Both the position numbers and the translations under genes were made by a program. Shown one piece after another: positions 43,924-59,500 of a stretch of 64,000 nucleotides of DNA. This DNA is from Eledone cirrhosa (lineage: Eukaryota): NCBI GenBank assembly GCA_964016885.1, contig OZ024742.1:60326001-60390000 (forward strand), read 5' to 3'. The notes under the pieces are model-generated. The model saw only the letters and a list, made by a program, of their open reading frames with translations, did no database searches and was not told the origin of the DNA. Each line of letters begins with the position of its first letter. Position 1 is the stretch's first letter.

Positions 43924-45322
43924 ACGAAGGAAATGTGGTAAGGAACCAGGTGGACCATAACGCACTAAAGTACTCAATACTTAGGGTAGTAGAGTGGGTA
44001 ATAGGAACAAGTAAGACCCCGACAGCTGAGCTCTAGCCGTTTCGACGGCTAATTCTGTACTGAATGAAAATTTATTCTGGTATTTAAATAGCCGAGCTTA
44101 TCAAGGGGTAATTCCATATATGGTCAAAGAGATAATCACCAGGATTGGTCACATCACAAGTTAGTCGTAAATCTGTGATGGCAAATTGGTGGGGGAAGGG
44201 GTAGCTAAACCTGCCGGTAGGACAATAAGGGAGAGAGGGTGGAGTAGACCCATTCATGCGTTGGTAGTGCCAGCTACAGCTGGACGTGAGGTCAAAGAGG
44301 ATAATGGGGAGGGGGAGGGGGAGGAAGTCGAAACGGTAAGTAGAACAATGAAGGATAAAACTATATAAGGTACTGAGAGAGAAAAAAAAAATAAAATAAG
44401 CAAAGTCTGGTTACTAAGACTTAAGTCTCTCGCTATTGCTAGGCTAAAGAAATACATAAATAAATAAATAAACAAATAAGTGAATAAAAGAATAGATAAA
44501 TAAATTAAAAAAAAAATATATATATAATGAAGAATAAAAAAATAAATAATAATAATAAAAATAAACTAGGTGGGACGGAAATAAAGGGACCCTTATACGA
44601 GGTATAAGTGCGTGTATCGTACGGGGACGGGTCAACAAAGGGGGGGGGGGGGGGGGGCAAAATACTAAAGAGACTACCACGAAATAATAAAGGCTTCTAC
44701 CCCAATCACAGGGCCAGCAACCACCCAGTGCAAGAAAGTAAACTAGTACGAGAATATAATTCAGGGTCCCGCAAAAAAATACTAGTGCTAACTCTAAGGG
44801 TATCGCCACGATACAGAAAGTCTTATACAAGCTACATGAAAGATCGTACGAAGTAAAAGTAAAGAACGGAAAATTAACACAGACCCCCCCCCCCCCCCCC
44901 AAAAAAAAAGGGAAAACAGAAGAAAGAAATACTGGATAAACGAGAAATTAAAGCAAAGATGCCACTAAGAAATATAGAAGGCACGGAATAAAGGGACAGC
45001 GGTCGGAGAAGAGGGCGAGTATCCGAAGTCTAACACCTCTGCTATAAAAAGCGGAGTCAGCCAAATCTATCATAGAATAGGGGAGGGGGATGGGGGTGCT
45101 GAAGCTACAAGGGACCGAGGGGCTACCTCGGGTGGGCGAGAAAAAGACGACGACAAAGAAAAGGAACTGGGGTAGAAGGACTAGGGAGGGATGGGGGAAG
45201 GAGGAAATATAGGGGAAGCGATAAAAAAATGTAAAAAAAGATCTTACGACTCCATTGGAAAGCAAGGGTTACCCATTACAAAATAGGCAAGTGGGGTGTT
45301 ATAGCCCTAGTCCTCAAACCAC

Positions 45323-45325
<3 letters not shown>
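43922..45325 (-). mobile_element. Solo non-coding relative of the element-C pseudo-LTR, (TA)n on both sides
   Basis: Both ends match 27190-27400 and 28060-28335 in reverse. Confidence 0.7.
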
Positions 45326-45398
<73 letters not shown>

Positions 45399-45939
45399 TA
45401 TTTTAAATACATACGTAATATCCTTAAATTTATGCATAGTTATAAGTAATATTATCAAAATGTATACATAAAATGTTTATCTTAGAACATATGTAATATA
45501 TGATACTCTAAAATCATATATATAAAATAATTTTTCTATATACTGCAATTGGAATATAATTTAAAAGTAAATTCCAGACTAAACGTTAAATATAACTATA
45601 AATATAACTATAACTTAACTCTGAAAACTGAGAAAAATTCTTTGAAAAGAAACATGCTTACATCTAATATCTACGTAACATTTAAACTTTACATAAATAA
45701 TAACATTTCGTAAATGTATTACTATCTTGATGCAACTATAGAATATACAAAATAATATACATCTTCTATACTAAAATAGAATTACTTCTTAAGCTCTATA
45801 CTGAAAATGTAAACATCTGCGCCCAACATTTCACAACTATTCCTATATAAAGCTATCTAAATTATTTATTTATTAAATAAATAACATATATACTCACTAA
45901 ACATATTTATATATATACAACTAACCTCTTATAATATAA

Positions 45940-47003
45940 TTGTTCTACTTTTGGCACAAGGCCAGCTACTTACCAGTACATTACTGGTACTTTATTTTAT
46001 CGACCCCTTAAGGATGAAAGGCAAAGTTAACCTGGGCGGGATTTGAACTCAGACCGTAAAGCAACGTAACTATGCTGGAAAATAATATAAATGTTTCTAC
46101 TTTAGGCACAAGGCCAGCAATTACTCAGTGCATTACTGGTACTTTATTTTATCGACCCCGTAAGGAGGAAAGGCAAAGTCAACCTCGGCGGGATTTGAAC
46201 TCAGATCGTAAAGGGACGTAACTATGCTGGAAAGCATGGCGCCCGACCCTCTACCGATACTGCCAATCCACCATCAGAAAATTATGGAAAATAATATAAT
46301 TGTTTCTACTTTTGGCACAAGGCCAGCAATTAACCAGTGTATTACTTGTACTTTATTTTATCGACCCCGTAAGGATGAAAGGCAAAGTTAACCCCGGCGG
46401 GATTTGAACTCAGAATAGCAAGGGCCGTAACTCTATGCGTCAAAGCATGGCGTCCGACCATCTACCGATACTGCCAATCCACCAATAAAACATACTTATA
46501 ACTGCAATCTTCATAATATTAAACACACCAATAGACTACACCCAATCGTATATATAAATTTTAGATACCTCTCACATTTAAAATTAATATTCTCTCACTT
46601 TAACACATTTATTTATAATTCACACATTATATTAGAAATACTTTCAAAATCTATAATTAAATAATAAAATAAATAAAAATAAACATGATTATTTCATTCT
46701 CTCTACGCCCTCACAAATATGTTCCGGACAATCGTATACGTACATTCCTATAAATATTCTGCTAATAACTTTAATATATTTATTCTTAAAATCTTTCTTT
46801 AAATTTTCTTCCACCCTAATAATTGTTTCTACGTTTGGCACAAGGCCAGCAATTACCCAGAGCATTACTGGTACTTTATTTTATCGACCCCGTAGAGGAT
46901 GAAAGGCAAAGTTATCCTCGGCATGATTTGAACTCAGAATGGCAAGGGCAGTAACTCTATACGTCAAAGCATACGTCCGACCCTCTACCGATACTGCCAA
47001 TCC
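45940..47003 (-). mobile_element. Four co-oriented family-1 SINEs (45940-46080, 46092-46272, 46300-46483, 46823-47003)
   Basis: High mutual similarity; A and B boxes; AAT spacers. Confidence 0.92.
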
Positions 47004-48604
47004 ATAATAACATCTATTTCCTTTTCTTATAAAAAAATTATCATAATAATTATTTAAATTAACCTAGAGTCTAAACATAACGATCTTTTTCAGTTTTAAC
47101 GTTATCCTCATTAGCATATTCATCTTGTGATTTGAAGTTTTTCTTCACTATTTAAATAGATCTCACAGCATTAAGTTCTTGTCTGAATATGAGTGTGTGT
47201 GTATGTGTGCCCATAACCAAGTGATTTTAGGAAATACGCATCGACATTTCCCTTTGACGTATGTTAGCTCCCTCAGACTTATCTAGGAGACAACATGGTG
47301 TTGAAAAAATATATATAATTGAAAACAGAGGGGGAAACTATACCGGGATGCTTGACCAAGTAGAGGAAACCAGCCCATTATGTGGAGAAAAACATGGAGA
47401 CATACTAGATGTATGTAGCGAGAAGAAAATATAACACCTTGAATGTTAAGGAGTCTAATGGCGTTCTGCTTATTGCTGTGCATGATGAAAATTAGTCAAA
47501 GGTTTAAATATGAAGTAAACAACAACAACAACAACAACAATAAAAACAACTACATTAACAACCACAATAACAATATCGTACATTGTGCCGAACTCTGTTA
47601 ATTTTTGCGGTATAAATGTATCGATAGACCATAATGGGAATGACAGTGGGAAAAAATATTTTGACGCGCGGTAACATACGTAAATACCTTATCATAATAT
47701 GAGAGGAGACAAACTGCTGCCATGCTGTTAAAAAGATAAGACAATATATTTTTAAATAGTGTACACTAATTGACAGGGCTTGTCCGAAAGATAATAACAA
47801 TTTAAATACAGGAGATTTCTCGGGTTCTCTCGAATGTGAAATCAATTAGCTAAAAGACATAAGAATTCTTAGAATAAATCTTTCGTATGTAGAAAGCTAT
47901 AGAAAAGACAGTGGCTGCTATGTGTGAAGTAAATAAATTTGAAGAGAAATAGCGCTGCGAATGAAGTTAAACAAATATTGACTTTAACCGAGAATTTATA
48001 TTCTATTTAAGTGTTAGTGAATTAGTTCGGTAGAGTAGAGAATGTGTAGAGAGACGCCTACACTAATATATATGTAATAATTTTACACACACACGAGCAC
48101 ACACAATCAAATACAAATGAGCGCGCGAGCACGCACACACACACATATATAATGTTTAAAAAAATAATTATAAACATGTTTTAACGTCTTGGACATTATT
48201 CCTTTATTGGAATGGATAACATAGAAAGTAAACACTATTTCTTAAGGAAATAAATAAAAAGCATAGACACAAAAAAAAACGTAATTTGATTATATGTTTA
48301 TTCTTATTTATACACAAAACTTTGATGCACAAAGTTAGTCTTTATGCTATAAATATCGTAATCGTTAGCAAGAGTTTGCCCGTGTGCATTTGAGTGTTAC
48401 AATACACTGGTTCATTTAACGTTCAGCAATATGCATTTGAATTTGGAGTATGAAAACACAGCGACGTATATGAAGGCAACATCGTAGATAAAAAGCATTC
48501 GGTACTCTGCACAGATAAAATGTTTACGTCAACACTACACGGAGTTCTAAAATAGTTACACATCTTACCTTGACTAGGCAGATTACTCCTGCATATATAT
48601 ATAT

Positions 48605-48680
<76 letters not shown>

Positions 48681-48838
48681 GGAGGGTCATATTTGTGTAA
48701 TAATTCCTATATATATATATATATGTATATATAACGAAGGAAATGTGGTAAGGAACCAGGTGGACCATAACGCACCAAAGTACTCAATACTTAGGATAGT
48801 AGAGTGGCTTGAGCTCAGCCGTCGGGGTCTTACTTGTT

Positions 48839-49439
<601 letters not shown>

Positions 49440-50060
49440 CTGTGTGTAGGGAGGTTTTGCGTGCGTGTGTGTGTCTATGTGTGTTTGTGCATAATAATCA
49501 TAATTTGTTTTACATGCGTCAAGGGCACAAGATTTTGTAGACAATACAAGAAGGATAGACAGCACAGTGTGGGGTTTACACCGAGCAAAACAATAGTTAT
49601 AACAATAGCGATAAAAGCAAACAATTGTAATAACAAAGGAGAAACAAAAAAACAAGGTATGTCAATTAGGAAACATTCACGGAGAGGGGGATTGCTGCCC
49701 TCAAAACCTTTAGACGCCTCCACCATATATCTTCCACCGCCATTCAGACACACACGGGTGTATGTGGATATAACGTATACATATATTGCATGTTAGGGTT
49801 TGTGTAAAACAATAATGATAAGCATGTTTAATGTTTTGGAAGTCATTCATTTCGAATGTTAACCCGGAAAGGAAAGAATATTTTTAAGGAGAGAAGTACA
49901 GAGGAGAGGCGAACAAAAATATAATTTGATTATGTTTTATACTTATTTGTTGCATAAACTTTGATGGACAATTATAATGGTTGTACTATAAATAGATAAA
50001 ACAATATGTGTATGTATGCACGTGTGGGTGTGTGCGAGTGTGTGTGTGTGTATATGTGTA

Positions 50061-50093
<33 letters not shown>

Positions 50094-50889
50094 TACTCTG
50101 AATATTCCCCCACCAATATTCAACAGACCTTTGAAAATCGTTCTTTAATGTTTATCGAAGTAAACTAAAACGGCATTTTTTGTGTTCTGCCGACAACTTA
50201 TATATGTATTTCTGTATAATCCCTTACCGTGTCTGTACGTTATCTATAGGTCAATATATAGATCTTAGACAATGTATCTTTTGTCTTTGTTGAGGATACT
50301 TCTCTACATGCTGTTAAAATTATAATACTGCTATCTCTAGCCGTATCACTATCAAACAGTACCTACCTAGTGGCTTCCTACAATGGCAAAACTATAGTAT
50401 TCAACAACATTTTGCTCCGTCTCCACCTTCTCAAAACACTATTTTCCCCACCACTAATCACCATCACCATCTCTATCACTATCCCAAACAGTAACGCTAC
50501 GACCAACAACAATACGAAGCCCCGCACCACCAACTCATCAACTTAATCTTAACTACAATACCACCACTATTACCACCAAAGTCGTATCTTTTAACATATT
50601 TCTCTGGAGAATTCTGCATGACACAGTTCGTAACAAAGCTAGCTCATTGACTTACAAGGTGCGAATCTGTTTTTCCAGTTGAGTCAACTGGGCTGTAAGA
50701 ACGTGAATCTCTGCGGGATCTGGAATCAGAACGTTAAGGGCCGTAACTATATACCACACAGTATCTTCCCCGATGTTAGACCGATTCTGTCTATACCCAC
50801 CTTACTAAGAATAATGAAAGTATTGATCCTTATGTATCGTTCGCCCGACTGTCTGTTTTAGCAAGACTTCCTTGCCCATGACCGTACTT

Positions 50890-50961
50890 GACCTAAACAA
50901 AAACGACAACAAAAACAATAGCAGGAGTAATAACGACAACAACAGCACCAGCACCACCACT

Positions 50962-50993
<32 letters not shown>

Positions 50994-51600
50994 ACATGAC
51001 AACAATATCAACAAGGGAGAAAAGCAGAAGCAAATTACAATCTCGATATTCCGCGCAACCAGCCTTAAAAACTACAACCACAGCCACCAACACTACCTGC
51101 GCTGTCATCACTACCACAATCAATATTATCATCACCACCACCACAACCACATGTTCTCTGCAACTCTTCCACAGCACCTTTAGCCCCATTCCACGACGGC
51201 AACCACATTTACCTTCACAGATACCACCATCACCACAACCACTACCACCACGGTAAATGCTATCACCATCGTAACTCCGAGTATCATCGCCACCACTGCA
51301 ATCCACCCTACACTAACATCACTACCACCACCGCAATCACTATCACAACTGCAACCATAACCACCACCGCAACTACATCTCCGCAACCCCTCCACAACAC
51401 CATCATCCCCAGATCGCGATTGCAGCCCTATGCATCACCACCACCACAACATCAACAACAACAACTGCAACCACTACCACTAATGCAGCCCCCACCACCA
51501 CAACGGCAATCGCTACACCTCCGCATCCCCCAAAATACCATCACCACCGCAGCCTCTACCGCAACTCCAAAACCATCATCTGCCCATAACCTCATTCCCC
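50890..51600. repeat. ACC/AAC-rich low-complexity tract
   Basis: Direct reading. Confidence 0.8.
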
Positions 51601-51749
51601 CCACATAGGAGCCACATCTCGTTCGGAAACCATGTTAGTATGTTGTAGCATTTAAATACAGCTGTTATTATTGTATTGTTACGACACGTTAACGGCTGTT
51701 ACTTTCCTATGGCAGTATAATAGTTGTTATCACTGTGTTGTTACGACAA

Positions 51750-54518
51750 TCTAATAGATGTTGTTAATGTGTTGTTATGGCTGTCTAATAGACGCTGTTA
51801 TTGTGTTGTTATGACAAACTAATAGATGCTGTTATTGTGTTGTTATGACAAACTAATAGATGGTCTTATTGTGTTGTTATGACACACTAATAGATGCTGT
51901 TATTGTGTTGTTATGACAAACTAATAGATGCTGTTATCGTGTTGTTATGACAAACTAATAGATGGTCTTATTGTGTTGTTATGGCAAACTAATAGATGCT
52001 GTTATTGTGTTGTTATGACAAACTAATAGATGCTGTTATTGTGTTGTTATGACAAACTAATAGATGCTGTTATCGTGTTGTTATGACAAACTAATAGATG
52101 CTGTTATTGTGTTGTTATGACAAACTAATAGATGCTGTTATTGTGTTGTTATGACAAACTAATAGATGCTGTTATTGTGTTGTTATGACAAACTAATAGA
52201 TGCTGTTATTGTGTTGTTATGACAAACTAATAGATGCTGTTATTGTGTTGTTATGACAAACTAATAGATGCTGTTATCGTGTTGTTATGACAAACTAATA
52301 GATGCTGTTATTGTGTTGTTATGACAAACTAATAGATGCTGTTATTGTGTTGTTATGACAAACTAATAGATGCTGTTATTGTGTTGTTATGACAAACTAA
52401 TAGATGCTGTTATTGTGTTGTTATGACAAACTAATAGATGCTGTTATCGTGTTGTTATGACAAACTAATAGATGCTGTTATTGTGTTGTTATGACAAACT
52501 AATAGATGCTGTTATCGTGTTGTTATGACAAACTAATAGATGCTGTTATTGTGTTGTTATGACAAACTAATAGATGCTGTTATCGTGTTGTTATGGCAAA
52601 CTAATAGATGCTGTTATTGTGTTGTTATGACAAACTAATAGATGCTGTTATTGTGTTGTTATGACAAACTAATAGATGCTGTTATCGTGTTGTTATGACA
52701 AACTAATAGATGCTGTTATTGTGTTGTTATGACAAACTAATAGATGCTGTTATTGTGTTGTTATGACAAACTAATAGATGCTGTTATTGTGTTGTTATGA
52801 CAAACTAATAGATGCTGTTATTGTGTTGTTATGACAAACTAATAGATGCTGTTATCGTGTTGTTATGACAAACTAATAGATGCTGTTATTGTGTTGTTAT
52901 GACAAACTAATAAATGCTGTCATTGTGTTAATATGGCAAACTAATAGATGCTGTTATTATGTTGTTATGACAAACTAATAGATGCTGTTATTGTGTTGTT
53001 ATGACAAACTAATAGATCGTGTTATTGTGTTGTTATGACAAACTAATAGATGCTGTTATTGTGTTGTTATGACAAACTAATAGATGCTGTTATTGTGTTG
53101 TTATGACAAACTAATAGATGGTGTTATTGTGATGTTATGACAAATTAATAGATGCTGTTATCGTGTTGTTATGACAAACTAATAGATGCTGTTATTGTGT
53201 TGTTATGACAAACTAATAGGTGCTGTTATTGTGTTGTTATGACAAACTAATAGATGCTGTTATTGTGTTGTTATGACAAACTAATAGATGCTGTTATTGT
53301 GTTGTTATGACAAACTAATAAATGCTGTCATTGTGTTAATATGGCAAACTAATAGATACTGTTATTGTGTTGTTATGACAAACTAATAGACGCTGTTATT
53401 GTGTTGTTATGACAAACTAATAAATGCTGTTATTGTGTTGTTATGGCAAATTGATAGATGCTGTTATTGTGTTGTTATGACAAACTAATAGATCGTCTTA
53501 TTGTGTTGTTATGGCAAACTAATAGATGCTGTTATTGTGTTGTTATGACAAACTAATAGATGCTGTTATTGTGTTGTTATGGCAAACTAATAGATGCTGT
53601 TATCGTGTTGTTATGACAAACTTTTAGCAGTATTGGTTATAGATGTTATCGCCACTTTAGCAGGGTGGTAGAATCAGTGGTCGTTAGTTGCCAGTGTGGT
53701 AAGTGATAGTATCCTCGTTGGATTATCTTGTTGACATAGACGTGAGGGAAGGTCCCTCGATCTATTTACCATCTATTTACAATATTCCTTTCGTCAGGTC
53801 GCCAATTCCAGCAGCATGGATTAAAGATGTTATTGAGACACGAGTAACATAATAACGACTTCAACCGCAGTAATTAGAGATGAAATGTTTGTTTATTTAT
53901 ATGGTTGAAGTTACAGATAAAAAGAGGTTACAAAAGGGAATGTGCCATTGCGCCGTTAAGCCGGTGAGGCTAGGGGTGCAATATCTCACTGCTACATTAT
54001 GCGTGTTGCTGGCTCGAAGTTTCTGGTACTAGAGAGAGATTCTTCAAATCTTCGCGGTGAATTTCTTCCTCAAGGCGCGTAGGGATACATCCTCTTCTAC
54101 TGGCGCTGATTGGCTGAACTGAGCCAAATCACGCACAGAGAATGTATGTGAGCCCGCGGAATGTAGGTCACTACAAACTAATAAATGCTGTTATTGTGTT
54201 GTTATGGCAAATTGATAGATGCTGTTATTGTGTTGTTATGACAAACTAATAGATCGTCTTATTGTGTTGTTATGGCAAACTAATAGATGCTGTTGTGTTG
54301 TTATGACAAACTAATAAATGCTGTTATTGTGTTGTTATGGCAAATTGATAGATGCTGTTATTGTGTTGTTATGGCAAACTAATAGATGCTGTTATTGTGT
54401 TGTTATGACAAACTAATAGATGGTCTTATTGTGTTGTTATGACAAACTAATAGATGCTGTTATTGTTTTGTTATGACAATTTAATAGATGCTGTTATTGT
54501 GTTGTTATGACAATTTAA
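51750..54518. repeat. 34-bp tandem satellite CTAATAGATGCTGTTATTGTGTTGTTATGACAAA, about 65 copies, interrupted at 53622-54174
   Basis: Period 34 (e.g. 52091 to 52125); degenerate flanks at 51660-51750 and 54920-55560. Confidence 0.97.
53622..54174 (-). mobile_element. Possible truncated LTR-retroelement 5' end
   Basis: Minus strand starts TGTAGTG, contains AATAAA, then PBS-like TGGCGACC near 53794. Confidence 0.4.
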
Positions 54519-54920
54519 TTGTTTCTACGTTTGGCACAATGCCAGCAATTAGCCAGTGCATTACTGGTACTTTATTTTATCGACCACGTAAGGATGAAAG
54601 GCAAAGTTATCCTCGGCGGAATTTTAACTCCGAATGACAAGAGCCGTAACTCTATGCGTCAAAACATGGCATCCGACCCTGTACCGATATTGCCAATCCA
54701 CCGACAATTTACTAGTTGTTATTATTATTCTGTTTTGGGCAGTTAATTGGCAGTATCGGTAGAGAGTCGGACGCCATGCTTTCCAGCATAGTTACGTCCC
54801 TTTACGATCTGAGTTCAAATCCCGCCGAGGTTAACTTTGCCTTTCATCCTTACGGTGTCGATAAAATAAAGTACCAGTAATGTAATTTCTGGCCTTGTGC
54901 CAATAGTAGAAACAATTATT
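54519..54920. mobile_element. Head-to-head family-1 SINE pair (54519-54703 -, 54738-54920 +)
   Basis: Both match the consensus; about 35-bp spacer. Confidence 0.9.
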
Positions 54921-57900
54921 GTGTTGTTATGAAAATATAATAGTTAATATCGTGTTGTTTTGACAATCTAATAATTAATATTGTTTTGTTATGGCTTTCT
55001 ACTCGTTGCTGTTATCGTATTGTTATGACAGTCTAATAGTTGTTGTTATTGGGTTGTTATGGTAATTTAATAGGTGTTACCATTGTCTTGTTATGAGAAT
55101 ATAATAGTTGTTATCATTGTCTTGTTATGCCAATCTAATAGTTGTTATCATTGTCTTGTTATGCCAATCTAATAGTTGTTATTGTCTTGTTATGCCAATC
55201 TAATAGTTGTTTTTGTCTTATGCCAATCTAATAGTTGTTTTTGTCTTATGCCAATCTAATAGTCGCTGATATGGCAATGTAATAGTTATTATATTGTTAT
55301 GGCTTTCTACTCATTGCTGTTATTGTGTTATTATGACAAACTAATAATTGTTGTTATTGTGTTGTTTTGAGAATCTACTAGTTGTTGTTATTATGCTGCT
55401 GTGGCATAATTATATTGACATTGCGTTGTTATGTCTTTCTGATAGTTGTTGTTATTGTGATATTATGGTCTTCTAATAGTTGTTACTATCGTGTTGTTAT
55501 TGTGTTATTGTGTTATTGTGGCTTACTATTTGTTTTTGTTGTTATTAGTGTTTTATTGTTTATGTTTATGTTGCATTAGTGTTATTTTTGTGTCTTTTTA
55601 TTGATTGTTTATGTTCAGGCGTTTTTTTTTTGTTGCATTGATAATTTAATTTATTTTTCTTGTTTATATTTCTGTTGTTTGCATTGGTTGTATTTTACTT
55701 TTGATCTTATTACTATTTCGTCGTCGTTGTAGTAGTATTAGTCGTTGTTGTTGTCGTTGTTGTTGCTGTTGTGTTGTCATTTTTTTTCTTTTCTGTAGTA
55801 CATTATATGGTGAAGTTGGTGTTGATTGAATTGTTGTTGGTTTTAGTAGTGGGGGAGGGGGGGGGGCGATAGTTAGTAATCTAGTTAAATATGATGGTGA
55901 TGAAAAGAAAAGTGTTACTTAACCTGTTACATTAATTGTAGTGTGTTTTATTTTATTAATACGGTTTGGTAGGGTCATGCCGCCAGTAAAAACACACGCA
56001 CCTACGAGTTTTACTTCAGTTTATAATTAGTTAAATAAGTAACCCTGACATCGGTTAGCTTAGAAACCAGGTGGTTGTTTAATTGTTAATTACCAAAGCT
56101 ATTTCGCCATACATCCTGTGCTTTTCTCAATGACTAATCTTGCAGCTCTGTGCCACCTCTTTGTTTTGGTCTTGTTCTCTTTACCCCATTTTGTTCTTTT
56201 ATTTCATTAATTTTAAAGTATTGTTATTATTTGTATTTATATATTTCTAAACATTTATATATTTCTGCTGTTAAAAGTATAAGTGTATATTTCCCATCTA
56301 GATTCAAGTTCTTTAAATGCCTACACCTGCAAATACTAGGATACATCATCAGTGTTGTATCCGGGATTCACTGGATGTTTTGGGTCGTAGATCATACACC
56401 CGCAGCCAGGTGACCCAATCAGGTTGATCCACATATCAACATATGTCCTGGTTGCACTCTATTTATCACCACCGATTAACTAATCATATCTGGTTAGCCA
56501 GGGCTATTTAGATGCTCTCTGTACTATTTCTACTTTTCCACTGCTTTCAATAGACATCTTACTATTTCCATAGACAAAATTGCTTAGGTTTGCTTATTTG
56601 AGAGAAACTTTCCAGCTCGTCACATATTACGAGACATGCCGAATCTTTAGGAATTTACGGTTCAGCTTCAAATTCTAATAGGGCAAAAATTGATATTTAT
56701 CCTTTCATATTCTATAAACGTTGGTCCATGAACTTGTCCTACCCCAAAAATCACCAGGGAGATTATTACAAAAAACTACCAGAAATAATTTGCATTACAG
56801 ATCACAATAATACAACTAGTAGCAATATTAAGAAACGCTAAGCATTCGATTCATGTTATAGAAATAACATCCACATATCTCCCAAATAGTATGTTTAAAA
56901 AAGAATACATTAGATAATTTAATGCTGAATATACTGTAGGTAAATATGAATGAACAGATGGTCTAGAATGGAACAACTTACATCGTATAACTGCAACACT
57001 CCCTAGTCAAGTCCTTCCTATTGGAGTCAATTTACTCCCGCTTTCCCTTTCATTCGTCTCTTTCGTTTCTTTATTTCTTTATATTTTCCATCTTTTCCTT
57101 TTCCTTTCCTTATTGCCATTTATAATGTACAGGTTTTATCACATTTTCTCTATAGTTTAATCAATTATAAATATCTGTAAAGTTTTCAACGAATTAACAA
57201 CGACACCATTCACACTGATAGCACTAGGGCTTGTAAAGGCCATGGGTACTAACAGGTCATCTAGAATTAGCGAGTAAAATATACAACAAAGAAACAATCA
57301 GAAGTAAACTTCAGCTTTAAAATGACAGCAAATTAAGTAATATAGACCAAATCTAGTCAGTACAAATTAATTGCTACCTTTTCTTTTTTGCAGGAGGAGG
57401 GGGGGGGGGGGCAATTACGTCCACCTTTCGTTACAACTGACCATGGGTTTGCACCTGGAAATTCCTCTCCAAAGTACAAGACTGCACAAGGTGTTTATGA
57501 AAGAACCATATTTGCCGGTCGACCCATACCTCACCAAGGAAAATGTCAATGGCCGATACAGCTTGGTTGTTGCAATGCATTTTTTCCAGTTGAGTAGACT
57601 ATAGTAAGGTGAAGTAATATTTCTTGCTCAAAGGCGCAATATGTTCCCCGGTTCGAGAATAGAACATACGACATTTTGATCGTCAGCTCAGCCCCTTCAC
57701 TACATTGCATGCAGGGATAAGGATTTGTGTTTGTTATATGCATAGACGAAGGGAGTTTATGATGTTCTGTGATGTTCATGCCGTTTTGAAGTGTATTCAT
57801 GGCATGACTAAAATAGCATATAGCAAAAACTGAAAATAGAAACCGTATTGTATGTGTTCGCATGAAAGATCACACATAATACAACGTGTATAGTTATTGA

Positions 57901-58257
57901 TAACAACATAATTGTATAAATCGGCGTTAGTTCAGTTTTACAAGGGTTAATTTCCTGCTATAATTTGAATATTTCTATTCATGCAAGCACATGTTTACTT
58001 TCAATTATTTTCCGAATTTACCAAGAATAACGAGTCTGGTAATATACCCCAAAAGGTTTGGTTGGCATTTTGTTGAAATTCTGAGCAAATTACTATCATA
58101 ATATTTCTGTAGTAAAGCTTAAAATATCACTATTGTTAATGCGTGCAGCTGTGTCAAACGTTTATATGATACTAGTACATAATCCGTTGCCATACGAAAG
58201 GAATAAGTAATATTCGGTTTCTGCATCAACATTATGTTTGTGTATTATGTTTGTGTA

Positions 58258-58292
<35 letters not shown>

Positions 58293-58293
<1 letters not shown>

Positions 58294-58477
58294 GCGGTGG
58301 ATTGGCAGTATCGGTAGAGGGTCGGACGCCAGGCTTTCCAGCATAGTTACGTCCCTTTACGATCTGAGTTCAAATCCCGCCGAGGTTGACTTTGCCTTTC
58401 ATCCTTACGGGGTCGATAACATAAAGTACCAGTAATGCACTGGGTAATTGCTGGCCTTGTGCCTAAAGTAGAAACAA
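58293..58477 (+). mobile_element. Full-length family-1 tRNA-derived SINE
   Basis: A box TGGCAGTATCGG, B box GAGTTCAAATCC, central core resembling the MetaSINE domain, 3' tail. Confidence 0.9.
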
Positions 58478-59080
58478 ATATCTATATACACACACACACA
58501 TATATATATTCAGCGTATATATGCAGCAAGAACAAATATCTAAGAAGTTTACTTCAGAATGATGAAGACCTGGTTTGGATCCTATAGTCTGACTCCTTTG
58601 GCATACATCATTTACCATGACTTGGTGTGGGTAAACACCTTATGAGTGAAACGGAAAGTTTTGAAGCCCTTCGGATGGATTCCAATATTAAAGAATAGCG
58701 TTGTCACAAACTGAGTTACGTTATGAGTACACGTGTCTATGAAATGCACAGTCACTTGCATTTGATCGAACAACTAGATCATCCGATGTTGAAATCAAGT
58801 GAGGTCCATCAAATTCCATTCCCCACTTACGTAATTGGTAAGTATACCTCAAACTTGTAAAAAATACATTCTGCGAAATAGTTAACTCCAATGGAGTTAC
58901 GTACAGACTTATTACGAGTACCACACATACTTTAATTTCGCACCGTCTCACAACAAAACCATATACACACTAATCTATGTGTATTTACACCTTACAGACT
59001 ACATGCACCAACATCCCGTATGCATATATCTAATTAGACTGCGTATCACACACACACACACACACACATACACACACACA

Positions 59081-59111
<31 letters not shown>

Positions 59112-59289
59112 AATCAGTGCACAATCACAGACATTAACTCCATACATATTCATAACTATATATCAAGGGCTTCTACATACAACCCGCTACAACTAATTGT
59201 ATCGACCCCCTTCCACATCTCTATCCCCACAGATCATGTTCCGCTCTCAGCACCAGTTTTGATTTATTCACCACCTCACTGCACGCCAG

Positions 59290-59500
59290 ACCGAATAGGG
59301 AAAACTGACAAAGTATCAACGCTCTCTGATCTGTTTGCGATTGAGCCTGTGACAGTGGAGACTTATGGAGATCTTGCCCAAGAGACCACAACCCTACTCA
59401 CTACTATCGGGCAGGAGTTCACTATCCGCAAAAGCCCCGCGAGTTTGAGTGGCTGTTTCAGCGCATCTCCCTCGCCACTCTCCGAGGCATGTCTTCTCAA
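59290..59500 (+). pseudogene. CRE-like RLE retrotransposon C-terminal fragment
   Basis: FAIEPVTVETYG...IG, then after a frameshift WLFQRISLATLRG. Confidence 0.6.

Noticed and set aside
50872-51608. Mucin-like or His-rich protein
   Set aside because: ACC/AAC low-complexity DNA with stops and no clear splice structure
51750-54518. CRISPR array (34-bp repeats)
   Set aside because: Units are contiguous with no unique spacers; no cas genes; eukaryotic context
58293-58380. tRNA genes at SINE heads
   Set aside because: A and B boxes are present but there is no cloverleaf; sequence continues into the SINE body
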